A stretch of 64,000 nt of DNA, taken from positions 1,414 to 65,413 of the forward strand of contig QXYA01000095.1 in the NCBI GenBank assembly GCA_009887135.1. The letters are read 5' to 3'. This DNA comes from Candidatus Poseidoniales archaeon (GTDB taxonomy: Archaea > Thermoplasmatota > Poseidoniia > Poseidoniales > Poseidoniaceae). Positions within the stretch are counted from its first letter, which is position 1. Every line of letters starts with the position of its first letter. Positions 18,781 through 29,080 of the stretch are shown piece by piece. The position numbers and the translations under genes are program-made. A model generated the notes under the pieces. The model was not told where the DNA came from, searched no databases, and saw only the letters and a program-made list of their open reading frames with translations.

Positions 18781-20181
18781 ATGGCTGACTGGCACCCCAC
18801 CGCATATCGGACACATACTCTCGCTGAAATTCAACAAAAAGGGGCAGACCTTGTCGGCCAAGAAGTCACAGTCGCTGGATTCATGGAAGCAAACAGAGGC
18901 AAAGGTGCCATTTGTTTCGTCGATATGAGAGATGGAACTGGAACTTCACAAGTTTTCCTCAAAGGAGACATCATTGGAGACGAAAAACTCGATCTCGTTC
19001 AACGTATGACTCGTGAATCAACATTGCAGTTCACTGGTACTGTTGCTCAAAAACGCCCACCGAAATTGAAGGAAGGAGAAACTCCGCCCCCACCTGCCTA
19101 TGAAATTGTAGCATCAGACGTTGTTGTTTTGACTCGGGCGAACGCACCGCTTCCGCTTGGAATTACTGATTCTGTAACCATTGGACTCGATACTCGTCTC
19201 GACAATCGTTTCCTCGATCTTCGCCGTGCCCATGTCAATGCTATGTTCACTCTTCGCTCAAAAGTACTGCAATATGGACGTGAACACCTCCTTACTGAAG
19301 GATTCAAAGAAATTAACACACCAAAAATCATTGCATCGGCTTCCGAAGGTGGAACAAATCTGTTCCCTATGATGTATTTCGATACTCCTGCATTCCTTTC
19401 ACAGAGCCCTCAATTGTACAAGCAACTCACTATTCTTGGAGGAATGGAACGTGTGTTTGAGATTGGACCTGCTTTTCGTGCAGAAAACCATGATACATAT
19501 CGCCACTTGAATGAATTCATTTCGTTCGATATTGAAGCAGCTTGGATGAATGATGATGACGTCATGGGTGTCCAAGAACGTATGATTCATCACATTTGGA
19601 AGACTGTAGCAGAAAACGATCAAGAACACATTGACACCATCAACGCCTTCAGAGAGAGTCAAGGTGATGATGCAATAACAGTAGATGTCCCTACAGTTCC
19701 CTTCCCACGCATCGAATATTGTGATGCAATTAAGATGATTCAAGATGCTGGCGAAGAGATTGCTTGGGGAGATGATATCGATTCTTCACATTGCGATATT
19801 ATTGCAGCAAAATACCCCGGTTTCCATTTCCTACCGCGATGGCCTATGGAAATGAAACCATTCTACATCCATCATATTCCTGGTGAAGTAGGAGCAACTG
19901 GTGAACAACTCAGCCGAGGATTTGATCTCAATTATGGTCGGGACGAGATGACAAGTGGTGGTCAGAGAGAACATAATGTCGAGATTCTTGAAGAAAATCT
20001 ACGTTCAAAAGGACTCAATCCTGAAGAGTTCTCTTTCTACACAGACGGTTTCAGGTTTGGAGCACCGCCACACGCTGGCTGGGGTCTTGGAGTTGCACGA
20101 CTGCTCATGGCACTGACTGGTTCAAGAAACGTACGAGAAACAGTCTTGTTCCCTCGGGACAGACATCGAGTTACACCCTGA
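18781..20181 (+). CDS. aspS: Aspartyl-tRNA synthetase, archaeal type
   Basis: RLDNRFLDLR, LSQSPQLYKQ, FRAE..RHLNEF, GAPPHAGWGLGVARL, FPRD; start set at ATG 18781. Confidence 0.95.
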   Translation: MADWHPTAYRTHTLAEIQQKGADLVGQEVTVAGFMEANRGKGAICFVDMRDGTGTSQVFLKGDIIGDEKLDLVQRMTRESTLQFTGTVAQKRPPKLKEGETPPPPAYEIVASDVVVLTRANAPLPLGITDSVTIGLDTRLDNRFLDLRRAHVNAMFTLRSKVLQYGREHLLTEGFKEINTPKIIASASEGGTNLFPMMYFDTPAFLSQSPQLYKQLTILGGMERVFEIGPAFRAENHDTYRHLNEFISFDIEAAWMNDDDVMGVQERMIHHIWKTVAENDQEHIDTINAFRESQGDDAITVDVPTVPFPRIEYCDAIKMIQDAGEEIAWGDDIDSSHCDIIAAKYPGFHFLPRWPMEMKPFYIHHIPGEVGATGEQLSRGFDLNYGRDEMTSGGQREHNVEILEENLRSKGLNPEEFSFYTDGFRFGAPPHAGWGLGVARLLMALTGSRNVRETVLFPRDRHRVTP

Positions 20182-20191
20182 GTTGACCAAG

Positions 20192-20938
20192 ATGCCTGTT
20201 GACCGAATGCAATGGGGTGCAGATACATGGCAGTTTGCAGATTTGCATATGCCTGATGAACCATCACCGTTCCAAAACGATCATGGCGTCCCATGCATTA
20301 TGTTGATTCATGGTGGTTTTTGGAAGAAAGAGTACACGCTTGAATTGATGCAACCGATTGCCAATGCTCTCAGCGATGCTGGCGTTGCAGCATGGAATAT
20401 TGAATTCAAGCGTTGGAATGATGGAGATGAAGGCGTATGGATGGATACTCTTTCAGATGTTCTTCGAGCATGGGGTCAACTTGCTTTGTTACCCGGAATT
20501 GACGTTACAAGAAGCATGGTCATGGGTCATTCTGCAGGAGGTCATCTTGCTTTGTTGATGGCTAGTAAAGCAGAACGCAAACCGTGGCTTGCTATCGCCC
20601 AAGCACCAATTACAGACTTGTTTGGTGCTGATGATGCGAAACTAAGTGACGATGGTGATGCAATCCGTCGTTGGATTGGTTGTGAACCGTACAATAATGA
20701 AGAGGTTTGGCGACGACTCAATCCCGTTGATTTACCTCCTAAATCGCCAGTCCTCCTTCTTCATGGAGAGAAGGATGATGAGGTTCCAATCGAGCAAAGC
20801 GAGACTTATGCTCGAATAATGGAGGCGAAAGGATCTCATGTCCAAAAGGTATGGTTAACCGGCGATCATTTGAGTATCATTGATGCTGCAAGCGATGATT
20901 GGCTTGTACAGCAAGATACAATTCTAGACTGGTTGTAA
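20192..20938 (+). CDS. Alpha/beta hydrolase, arylformamidase/BD-FAE-like
   Basis: IHGGFW oxyanion motif, GHSAGG nucleophile elbow, HGEKDDEVP Asp, GDH His. Confidence 0.85.
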   Translation: MPVDRMQWGADTWQFADLHMPDEPSPFQNDHGVPCIMLIHGGFWKKEYTLELMQPIANALSDAGVAAWNIEFKRWNDGDEGVWMDTLSDVLRAWGQLALLPGIDVTRSMVMGHSAGGHLALLMASKAERKPWLAIAQAPITDLFGADDAKLSDDGDAIRRWIGCEPYNNEEVWRRLNPVDLPPKSPVLLLHGEKDDEVPIEQSETYARIMEAKGSHVQKVWLTGDHLSIIDAASDDWLVQQDTILDWL

Positions 20939-20977
20939 GTCAAGAACCACTAAGACCAGTAATGCTCTCGGCGAGTC

Positions 20978-21790
20978 ATGAACCTCCTCGGCTCAGATGC
21001 AGTACTCGCTTCAAACGCTCTCTCTGGCAAAACGGCTCTCATCTGCGGAGCAAGTCGGGGCATCGGTGCTGCAACTGCACGGATTATGGCAGCAGCAGGG
21101 GCAAATGTCATTGTTTCAGCCCGAAACCAAGAACAACTAAATCACCTCGTTGAAGAACTGAATACTCTTGGTAACGGAAGCCATCAAACTCTTGTCATGG
21201 ATTTAGAGGATACAAAGGGTATTTCCAGTAAAATCAATCCACTCCTCGATCAAAACCCAATCCACATCCTTGTCAACAATGCAGCAGGACCTCCTGGTGG
21301 ACCGTTGCTCAACAGTACAGTCGAGGAACTAACCCAGCCATTTGGTAGACACTTGCACGCGGCTCATACCCTTGTTCAACTCCTTGTTCCAACAATGGAA
21401 TCTGAGGGATATGGGCGAATTATTCAGATTGTCTCTACAAGCGTTCGTGAACCAATTCCAAATCTTGGCGTTTCTAATACACTACGAGGAGCAATGGCTT
21501 CTTGGGCAAAATCACTATCCAGAGAACTCGCTCCATGCATCACCATCAACAATGTGTTGCCTGGTTTCACAGATACTGAACGGCTAGGAAGTCTCGCCCA
21601 ATCGATTCATGATCGAACTGGAAAATCGCTTGAATCAATTCATGATGGATGGATGAGTCAGGTTCCAATTGAAAGACTCATCGATCCACTTGAAACTGCC
21701 TCTGTCATTGCATTCCTTTCGACCCCAGCTGCTGGAGCAATACGTGGAGTTTCTCTTCCTGTCGATGGTGGCCGATTGAGAAGTATCTGA
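20978..21790 (+). CDS. Short-chain dehydrogenase/reductase
   Basis: GASRGIG, LVNNAAGP, SNTLRGA in place of YxxxK, NNVLPG, VDGG. Confidence 0.9.
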   Translation: MNLLGSDAVLASNALSGKTALICGASRGIGAATARIMAAAGANVIVSARNQEQLNHLVEELNTLGNGSHQTLVMDLEDTKGISSKINPLLDQNPIHILVNNAAGPPGGPLLNSTVEELTQPFGRHLHAAHTLVQLLVPTMESEGYGRIIQIVSTSVREPIPNLGVSNTLRGAMASWAKSLSRELAPCITINNVLPGFTDTERLGSLAQSIHDRTGKSLESIHDGWMSQVPIERLIDPLETASVIAFLSTPAAGAIRGVSLPVDGGRLRSI

Positions 21791-21860
21791 TTTTGGCTTT
21801 CCGATATTCAACCTCAGGTTGCTAAAAACGACCATATCATGGGATAACGTCAATACACAA

Positions 21861-22049
21861 ATGATGATGGATGAACTTATGGGACACTTAGAAGATGTCA
21901 ATATGACGTATTTTGCACATATGAAAAGGGCATTCTCTCTCTCATTCCGGTATGGTTTGAGTGCAGTTCAACTCATGATCCATGGACTTTTACCATTCTT
22001 ATTCATTGATGCTGGGAAAAAAGCAGCAGATTCCTATGAACGTGGTTGA
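21861..22049 (+). CDS. Small protein, DUF6356-like
   Basis: HLEDVNMTYFAHM...IHGLLPFLF pattern. Confidence 0.65.
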   Translation: MMMDELMGHLEDVNMTYFAHMKRAFSLSFRYGLSAVQLMIHGLLPFLFIDAGKKAADSYERG

Positions 22050-22086
22050 ACATTCTCTGCTTTATTTAGAGAAGTTAAAACGGGGC

Positions 22087-23748
22087 TTATTCTTCCTCAA
22101 TCAATTCGAACGTGTTGAAGAATTCATCAATATCGATGACGCCATTTTCATCCAAATCTACATTGTGGAAAATGATTCTTGATTCGTCCGAAGTAAACGA
22201 GAACCCGAGCGCAGAAAGAGCATTTTGGAATTCTCGACAAGTCAAATGATTCTTGCCTCCAAAATCAGCCGCATGGAAAACTGAAAGTCTCTTCTCATGT
22301 TCCGTTTCCGATGTGAATTTAAATTGATTTTTGAATGTGCTAAGGGGTGTAGTTGAAACGGTAGCATGTTTCTTCCCATACAGATAGTACGTGATCGAGC
22401 CCACGAGGATTGCTACACCGCCTCCGATGAAGGCTTTCTGTCCAATGAATGTCAGCAAGAAAGCTCCTGCAACAACACCCCATATGTGCATGAATGGGTA
22501 CAGGGGTCCTTTGTATGAAGGATTCCAATCGTGTTCTTTACTGGTTTGTCGTAGAATAATCACACATGTGTTGATCATTATGAAAATCATAATCTTGAAT
22601 CCAGAAGCCACCTTAACGACGTCCTTCAACGGCACGAATAGAATCGCAAGACCCATGGCCACACCCGTGATGAGGATTGGGAAATGTGGAGTTTCAAATC
22701 GTGCGTTGACGTCTTCAAGTGCTTGAGGCAGAAGGTTGTCACGAGACATTGCAAAGAGGAATCGGGATGCTGCAAGGATTCCTGCAAGAGCCATGGAAAT
22801 CATTGTTAGAACAGAAATAATTGCGGCAAAAATACCAAACTTCGTCCCAGCCACTTCCTCTGCAAATATGAATATAGGATTTTCAACGACTTCGCCATTC
22901 GGATCAAGCCACCATTCACCGGGTATAGCAGCCATCATGAGGAAGGCTATTGCTGAATACAACACTGTTGCAATCAAAAGAGACAGCATGATACCTGCTG
23001 GAAGATTCTTCTCTGGGTTTTTGACTTCTCCTCCAATCGCTGCAACTTTCGTAACACCTGCGTAAGCTACGAAGACAAACGCTGCAGCCTCTGCGAGAGA
23101 CCAGACGTCTGTATTGAGTGCGCCATCAATTGGGCGGCTCATATTGAAATCATCAACAAAAAATGCTGCTGCACAGAGGAACATAAGGAGAGATACGGTT
23201 ACGATAACGACTGGAGTTTGAATCGCTTTGACCTTTTTGACACCGAGTAGATTCACAATTGTAATCAGGACTAACGCGCTCAGTGATAACACCAATATGT
23301 CCAATTCAATGTCAAAGTATGTTGTTACAACAACAAAATATGCAGAGAATCCAATTAACGCAAATGCGGATTTCAAAAGAAAAGATGTCCAAAGCCCTAG
23401 TCCACTGATTGTACCAATAAGCGGTCCATATGTGCGTTCCATGTAAACGTATGAACCTCCACTTGATGGCATTCCCGAGGCTAATTCTGATTTGGAGATT
23501 GCAGCAGGTAAGACCACTGATGCTGCTAGAAGGAATGCGAGCCAAATCCCCGGACCCATGATTTCAGCGGCAAACGTTGGAGTAATGAAAATACCAGGAA
23601 GCATTGCAGAGAGGGAAATGATCACGACACCAGCCAAACCGATTGTTCGGCTTAGTGTATTCTTGATTCGCTCTGGAACTTTCTCAAGTAAAGCATCAAC
23701 ATGGGAATTAACAAGAACAGAACTTGGACGAATCGTTCCCATATGCAT
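22087..23748 (-). CDS. APC-family amino acid permease with C-terminal EF-hand pair
   Basis: AMLPGIFITP, ELASGMPSSGGSYVY, GEVKNPEKNLP, SRFLFAMSRDNLLP; loop DLDENGVIDIDE. Confidence 0.9.
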   Translation of the reverse strand: MHMGTIRPSSVLVNSHVDALLEKVPERIKNTLSRTIGLAGVVIISLSAMLPGIFITPTFAAEIMGPGIWLAFLLAASVVLPAAISKSELASGMPSSGGSYVYMERTYGPLIGTISGLGLWTSFLLKSAFALIGFSAYFVVVTTYFDIELDILVLSLSALVLITIVNLLGVKKVKAIQTPVVIVTVSLLMFLCAAAFFVDDFNMSRPIDGALNTDVWSLAEAAAFVFVAYAGVTKVAAIGGEVKNPEKNLPAGIMLSLLIATVLYSAIAFLMMAAIPGEWWLDPNGEVVENPIFIFAEEVAGTKFGIFAAIISVLTMISMALAGILAASRFLFAMSRDNLLPQALEDVNARFETPHFPILITGVAMGLAILFVPLKDVVKVASGFKIMIFIMINTCVIILRQTSKEHDWNPSYKGPLYPFMHIWGVVAGAFLLTFIGQKAFIGGGVAILVGSITYYLYGKKHATVSTTPLSTFKNQFKFTSETEHEKRLSVFHAADFGGKNHLTCREFQNALSALGFSFTSDESRIIFHNVDLDENGVIDIDEFFNTFELIEEE

Positions 23749-23852
23749 TACCCCCTGATTCCGACAATAAAAAGCGGTATGATTGACCTCAAGAGCACTC
23801 AGATTATATTTACTTGCCTTTATTTCAGATACATGTTACCGTATTACGGTAA

Positions 23853-25250
23853 CTATATCTTGGCGATAACCTTCATTTCAACAGCGATAGGCGTTGGTAA
23901 GGCGCGAATGGCTAGAGTCGTCCTTGTTGGCCCATAGTGGCCAAGCGTTTCAGCCCAGACCTCATTGTAGCCTGCGAAATCTCGATCCATGTCTACTAAA
24001 AATGAAGTTACATCGACAATCTTGTCCATTGATGAACCTGCTTCTTCTAAGATTCGTGCGATGTTTTCTACAACTGCTCGTGTTTGCGCTTTGATATCAT
24101 ATTCGACAGGGTTTCCGTCATCATCTCGAATAGGACCGCCAGGGATTGCATTTGTACCAGGTTGCCGTGGACCAACACCTGAAAGATAGAGTAGATCTCC
24201 TACTTGACGAGCATGCGGATACATACCAACTGGTTTAGGGGCAGCTTTGCTGTTCACCGCACCTTGACTCTCAGGAGGTTCCCAAAGCGCAGGGCCTGTT
24301 TGAGGGGTCAATGGTTCATCAGATTCAGTGGAATGCTCTTCTGCATCGAGAACATTTCGCTCACCTCTGTAGTATTCAACATCGTCCTCATCGTATTCCT
24401 TATCGCCCATTCCAGTTGAGGTCGGATCGAGTTGGACAACAGCACCACCTGCTCCATGAAGTGCCTCGTAAGCAAGGACACGTCCTGTGAGATTGTTTCG
24501 GTTACCGTTCATTGCTGAGAGCCACCACATCGGTTTGAATGTGACAACTTTTTGAACGCGTATTTGTTGATGGATTGTTCTTGATAATTGAGCTACATCT
24601 TCGAGACGACCCTCTTCGAGGAACTCCAATACTTTACGATTCCATTCATCGTCCTTCAAGGAATGAATGCGATCATCAGATGGGTCGATAAATTCGGTAA
24701 ACATCCGATTTGACATTGACATTGCAGTGACTGCCACGGCTTTACGCCCAGTCTTTTTGATAACATCGAGACATGCCTTTGCGAGAACAGTTGTTTCTGA
24801 ACGATTCGCATAAACGTTTGATGATACGATGACAGCAGGAATAGCATTGTCAGGATTGAGGAGTTTAAGGGCTACAACAGACCCTACATCAATAGGAAAA
24901 CCGTGGTATGCAACAGTTCTGCTTTGGAGACCACGATTGTGATTGGCTGCATTCCATGCTTCAGCAAATTCAGCATCGATATTGAATGAATAGTCCATCG
25001 ACCCAAGATCATGGAAATCCTGATCCACGAGTGTCCATTGAGGATTAGGATCTGCTTGTATTTGATGACCTATGATGCTTGGCCAAGTTGTCGAATAGAT
25101 GATGAGAAGATCTGCACCGCTTTCTTTGATTGCATCTCTGGCTTCATCAAAGGCAGCTCGAATTCGGCCCCACCCTTCGTTCTGTTCTGGGACAAGAAGT
25201 GGATGTGGATGAACTGGAACGACATAGGAACCAACAAGAGAACCGTTCAT
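23853..25250 (-). CDS. Fusion: 2-aminophenol 1,6-dioxygenase alpha subunit (AmnA/CnbCa-like, LigB family) + RidA-family 2-aminomuconate deaminase
   Basis: N-part VPVHPHP, IYSTTW, GFPIDVGS, EDRI-like DDRI..DDEWNRKVL; C-part (~23853-24260) APKPVGMYPHARQVGDLLYLSGVGPR...PTRTT...LPTPIAVEMKVIA. Confidence 0.85.
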   Translation of the reverse strand: MNGSLVGSYVVPVHPHPLLVPEQNEGWGRIRAAFDEARDAIKESGADLLIIYSTTWPSIIGHQIQADPNPQWTLVDQDFHDLGSMDYSFNIDAEFAEAWNAANHNRGLQSRTVAYHGFPIDVGSVVALKLLNPDNAIPAVIVSSNVYANRSETTVLAKACLDVIKKTGRKAVAVTAMSMSNRMFTEFIDPSDDRIHSLKDDEWNRKVLEFLEEGRLEDVAQLSRTIHQQIRVQKVVTFKPMWWLSAMNGNRNNLTGRVLAYEALHGAGGAVVQLDPTSTGMGDKEYDEDDVEYYRGERNVLDAEEHSTESDEPLTPQTGPALWEPPESQGAVNSKAAPKPVGMYPHARQVGDLLYLSGVGPRQPGTNAIPGGPIRDDDGNPVEYDIKAQTRAVVENIARILEEAGSSMDKIVDVTSFLVDMDRDFAGYNEVWAETLGHYGPTRTTLAIRALPTPIAVEMKVIAKI

Positions 25251-26173
25251 TGTGCATCACCCTCGTGTGCATAGCAAGGCCATTCAACAATCGCATTACC
25301 AGTTCCTATAATCGTTCCATAACCATGCAGGATAGCAGGGTAGTTAGGAACAGATAACGTACTGAGAAGCCACGTCAAGCCGCCCCCATCAGATTCTGCA
25401 ATCGCTTGCTCAGTAAATTCAGGCATTTCATCAAGAATTCGCTGAGCCTGTCCAGTTCGCATGTAATCGATAATCCGCATGTCCCACAAATGCATTGCAT
25501 GACTGGCAATGTGCTCTTTACTCATATCTTCTGGAACCTCAGATTCAGTGGTAAAATGACGGTGGGAAAGAGAATTAGAAGCAAGGATAACGGCTTTCTT
25601 ACCGCTTTCTTCAATCGCTTCTCTGGTAACTCGTCCAAGTTCCATCATCATTTCTTGCATCACTTCAACCGAATAATAATGCGTCGAACGGTTTGATGAA
25701 ATAACCACTAAGGGTTTGTCGAATGCTGGATTCACCATGTGTCCTGTGGTGATGGTACCGTAATCGACACGGAAATCTGGATTCTCCATCATCTTTACAG
25801 CAAGGCCCGAACCCTTTGCTTTGTCATGGATAGCCTGGCTCAATTCAACATCGATGTTCATATCGTAGTTGTAACGAAACAAATTTGGGAAAACAGGATC
25901 CACCGATAATCCTTCGAAATGAGGTATTCCAAGGAAATGTGTACCTACATATGTTTGCCAATGAGGAGAAAGCAGAACCAATACGTCATGATCAATATTC
26001 GAAAGAGATTCTCGAAGACGTTCATAACCCCAACGTAATTGCTCCCAACCTCCTTCAGAAGTTGGTTCGTTCTGCGGAGGGTTTTCTGCATATACGAGGT
26101 GAGGGGGGTGAGGGGCTAGACAGCCTGCTACAATCGAACCTTTCGCCATGAGTGTCGGTGCAAGTTCCGTCAT
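25247..26173 (-). CDS. amnB: 2-aminophenol 1,6-dioxygenase beta (catalytic) subunit, AmnB/CnbCb-like
   Basis: LAPHPPHLVYAENPPQNEP..GGWEQLRW, SPHW, VDPVFPNLFRY, RVDYGTIT, SNSLSHRHF, GYGTIIGTGNA; alternative start 26149. Confidence 0.9.
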   Translation of the reverse strand: MTELAPTLMAKGSIVAGCLAPHPPHLVYAENPPQNEPTSEGGWEQLRWGYERLRESLSNIDHDVLVLLSPHWQTYVGTHFLGIPHFEGLSVDPVFPNLFRYNYDMNIDVELSQAIHDKAKGSGLAVKMMENPDFRVDYGTITTGHMVNPAFDKPLVVISSNRSTHYYSVEVMQEMMMELGRVTREAIEESGKKAVILASNSLSHRHFTTESEVPEDMSKEHIASHAMHLWDMRIIDYMRTGQAQRILDEMPEFTEQAIAESDGGGLTWLLSTLSVPNYPAILHGYGTIIGTGNAIVEWPCYAHEGDAQ

Positions 26174-26230
26174 ATGGATGCATCGCTGCCAGATGCCAAG
26201 ACTCAAACGAGGAAAGCATAACCACTACAC

Positions 26231-26758
26231 ATGGGAGAAGAAGACATGGATGCTTCTGAGTCTATTCTCGTCAATGAATCCGAGACCTCTCTGGTTGTTG
26301 AAGAGCATTCTACACCTGTATCAGAAAGTGAAATCTTCAAAGATATGCTTCGACATATGATGGCTCCGCTCATCCTTGGAATGCTCTTTGGGTCTATCTG
26401 GCAAATCGTGGTTATGCCGAAGATTGACTTTTTTCCTAATCCCGTCCACGGTTCGTTCATGATTTATCTTGTACTCTCGCCATTGATTTACAAATTCCTC
26501 GTTGGGCAAGAGATGAGACGTGCCAAAGAGTATGCACTCGGAGTTCTATCTGTTGCTATCGTGCTATCGGTGGTTTGGATTCTCCCCCAACAATCATCCT
26601 TGTACTGTGGCGTTTTTTTGACGGGAATCGCTTGGCTATGGTTGAGTTCATTCTGGTTACAGTTTGAATTCCCACCGTTCCGATACGGCTTATGGCATGC
26701 AATTGCAGTCAACATAGGAGCCTTTGGAGGAAGTGTCCTCACGTACATCTACATCTGA
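26231..26758 (+). CDS. Hypothetical membrane protein (~5 TM)
   Basis: Acidic N-terminus followed by several hydrophobic segments; fills the gap exactly. Confidence 0.65.
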   Translation: MGEEDMDASESILVNESETSLVVEEHSTPVSESEIFKDMLRHMMAPLILGMLFGSIWQIVVMPKIDFFPNPVHGSFMIYLVLSPLIYKFLVGQEMRRAKEYALGVLSVAIVLSVVWILPQQSSLYCGVFLTGIAWLWLSSFWLQFEFPPFRYGLWHAIAVNIGAFGGSVLTYIYI

Positions 26759-27580
26759 TCAGGATGTATAAGATTCAGATTCGCTCGGGAAGTCGCCCGA
26801 ACGAACATCATCGCAATACGAGCGAATTGCAGTATCAATATCCTCTGCAAGATTGAGATATCGGCGTAAGAAACGTGGCGAGAAATCCATTGTGATTCCA
26901 AGCAGATCGTGCAGAACGAGAACTTGTCCATCACAATGAGGCCCTGCGCCAATTCCAATCACTGGAATTGTCAATTCCTGTTGAACTCTTTGAGCCAAAT
27001 CTTTCGGGATTTTTTCGAGAACAATGGCAAAGCAACCAGCCTTTTCCAATAACTTAGCATCTTCAATGAGTTTGTCTGCTTCCTCGTCTTCCTTTGCTCG
27101 CACTGAATAGGTACCAAACTTGTAGATGCTTTGTGGTGTAAGACCGAGATGACCCATGACCGGAATTCCAGCTGTAAGGATACGTTCAATCGATTCAACG
27201 ATTTCAGAACCACCTTCGAGTTTGACAGCATGTCCTTCTGCTTCTTTCATAATTCGAACTGCTGAGTCAAGAGCGAGGCGGGAGTTTCCCTGATAAGAAC
27301 CAAATGGCATATCTACAACGATAAGGGCTCGATCAACTGCTCGTTGAACACACTGAGCATGATAGATCATATGGTCGAGTGTCATTGGAACCGTTGTGAC
27401 TTGTCCAGCCATGACATTTGATGCTGAATCACCAACAAGAATCACGTCGACACCTGCTCCATCAACAAGACGAGCAAGTGAATAATCATATGCAGTAAGC
27501 ATAGTGATTGGTTCTTTGACTCGCTTCATTTCTTGTAAGGTATGTGTTGTTACCTTGGTTGCTTTTCCATGAATTGACAT
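26759..27580 (-). CDS. panB: 3-methyl-2-oxobutanoate hydroxymethyltransferase
   Basis: [47 protein letters not shown]. Confidence 0.96.
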   Translation of the reverse strand: MSIHGKATKVTTHTLQEMKRVKEPITMLTAYDYSLARLVDGAGVDVILVGDSASNVMAGQVTTVPMTLDHMIYHAQCVQRAVDRALIVVDMPFGSYQGNSRLALDSAVRIMKEAEGHAVKLEGGSEIVESIERILTAGIPVMGHLGLTPQSIYKFGTYSVRAKEDEEADKLIEDAKLLEKAGCFAIVLEKIPKDLAQRVQQELTIPVIGIGAGPHCDGQVLVLHDLLGITMDFSPRFLRRYLNLAEDIDTAIRSYCDDVRSGDFPSESESYTS

Positions 27581-27634
27581 AGGTCTCCCTCATGTTTCCG
27601 ATTGGCTTCTACGTTTCAAAGTCTCGCTATGAAA

Positions 27635-29080
27635 TTAATCATGTTTAATGCAAACATTGAGCGGTACTGAGAAGAATCCAAGACTCCAGCGGCCACCTTC
27701 GCGACCAACTCCAGAATGTTTCACGCCACCGAATGGTGTTCGTAAATCTCGATGCAGCCATGTGTTAATCCAGATGATACCTGTATCGATTTTCTGGGCA
27801 ATGGAATGTCCACGCTCTGTATCTCCAGTCCAGATAGATCCGGCTAAACCATAATCAGTCGCATTTGCCATCTCAATGGCTTCTTCATCTGATGAGAAAC
27901 GATGGATGGTTACAACAGGACCAAAGATTTCTTCTCGAGCAGTCCTGGACAGATGAGACAAGCCTGAAATCAAGGTCGGTCGAAGAAACGCTCCTTCAGG
28001 TGTAGGGCCAGGAGGACCTGTCATTTCTCTTGTCCCTCCAGTTAGAATCGTTCCACCTTCTTGGATTGCCAAGTTGATGTACGATTCCACCTTCTCTACA
28101 TGAGCCATATTGATCAAAGCCCCGACTTGAGTTTCCGGGTGGTTCGGATCACCACATTGCATTGAGGAGACCTGAGCGACGAGATGTTGTGTAAATTCCT
28201 CTGCAATCGATTCATGGACAAGGATTCTTGAACCACAAAGACAGACTTGTCCTGAGTTCGTGAAACCTGCACGGATTGCCCCTTGCACTGCTTGATTCAT
28301 TTCAGCATCATCAAGAATGATTGTTGCATTTTTACCACCTAATTCCAATGACAATTTCTTGAACATTGGTGCGGCAGTTGCAGCAACATGCCGTCCTGTA
28401 TCAGTGCCCCCCGTGAATGAAATGGCTTTGATACCTTCATGCTCAAGAATCTGTTGACCAACTTCTGGACCGTACCCATTGACGATGTTCAAGACACCAT
28501 CTGGCAATCCAATCTCTTGACAGACTTCTGCAAGCAAATGTGCTGTTAACGGTGTCAATTCACTGGGTTTTGCTACAATGACATTTCCCATGAGAAGAGC
28601 GGGTGCTACTTTCCAACTCAGAAGATACAGAGGGAGATTCCATGGTGTAATCAAGCCCACAATACCGATTGGTCGTCGATGAACGATATTTGTCGCATCA
28701 TCCATTTCGAAGACCAGATCTTCCTGTTCACGAGCAAATTCGGCAAAGAAACGAAAGTTCTCAACTGACCGCTTCGCATCAACCCTTTGTGCACGAGACC
28801 ATGGTTTCCCCGTCTCCACCGCTTCTCTTTGTGCCAGTTCTTCGCTTCGAGATTCGAGAGCATCAGCGATGGCTTCCAGCCAATCTGCTCGGTCATCGAG
28901 TGTCAAATCAGCCCATTCATGCTGGGCGACACGCGCTGCAGCTACTGCGCGATACACATCGGGTTGTTTGGAACGAGGAATCGTTCCGATGAGTTGCCCC
29001 GTTGCTGGAGCAAGATTTTCAAGTGTCGTGTGATCAACAGCATCAACGAATTCTCCACCGATGAAATTCTGAACATTCAT
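27635..29080 (-). CDS. Aldehyde dehydrogenase, 2-aminomuconate/2-hydroxymuconate semialdehyde dehydrogenase type (ALDH8/AmnC)
   Basis: ITPWNLPLYLLSWKVAPAL, FTGGT, LELGGKN, NSGQVCLCGSR, EEIFGPV, WLHRDLRTPFGG. Confidence 0.88.
   Translation of the reverse strand: MNVQNFIGGEFVDAVDHTTLENLAPATGQLIGTIPRSKQPDVYRAVAAARVAQHEWADLTLDDRADWLEAIADALESRSEELAQREAVETGKPWSRAQRVDAKRSVENFRFFAEFAREQEDLVFEMDDATNIVHRRPIGIVGLITPWNLPLYLLSWKVAPALLMGNVIVAKPSELTPLTAHLLAEVCQEIGLPDGVLNIVNGYGPEVGQQILEHEGIKAISFTGGTDTGRHVAATAAPMFKKLSLELGGKNATIILDDAEMNQAVQGAIRAGFTNSGQVCLCGSRILVHESIAEEFTQHLVAQVSSMQCGDPNHPETQVGALINMAHVEKVESYINLAIQEGGTILTGGTREMTGPPGPTPEGAFLRPTLISGLSHLSRTAREEIFGPVVTIHRFSSDEEAIEMANATDYGLAGSIWTGDTERGHSIAQKIDTGIIWINTWLHRDLRTPFGGVKHSGVGREGGRWSLGFFSVPLNVCIKHD

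Noticed and set aside
26759-27580. panB as a member of the aromatic catabolic pathway
   Set aside because: Fully canonical PanB motifs; no sequence evidence of repurposing, so proximity may be incidental
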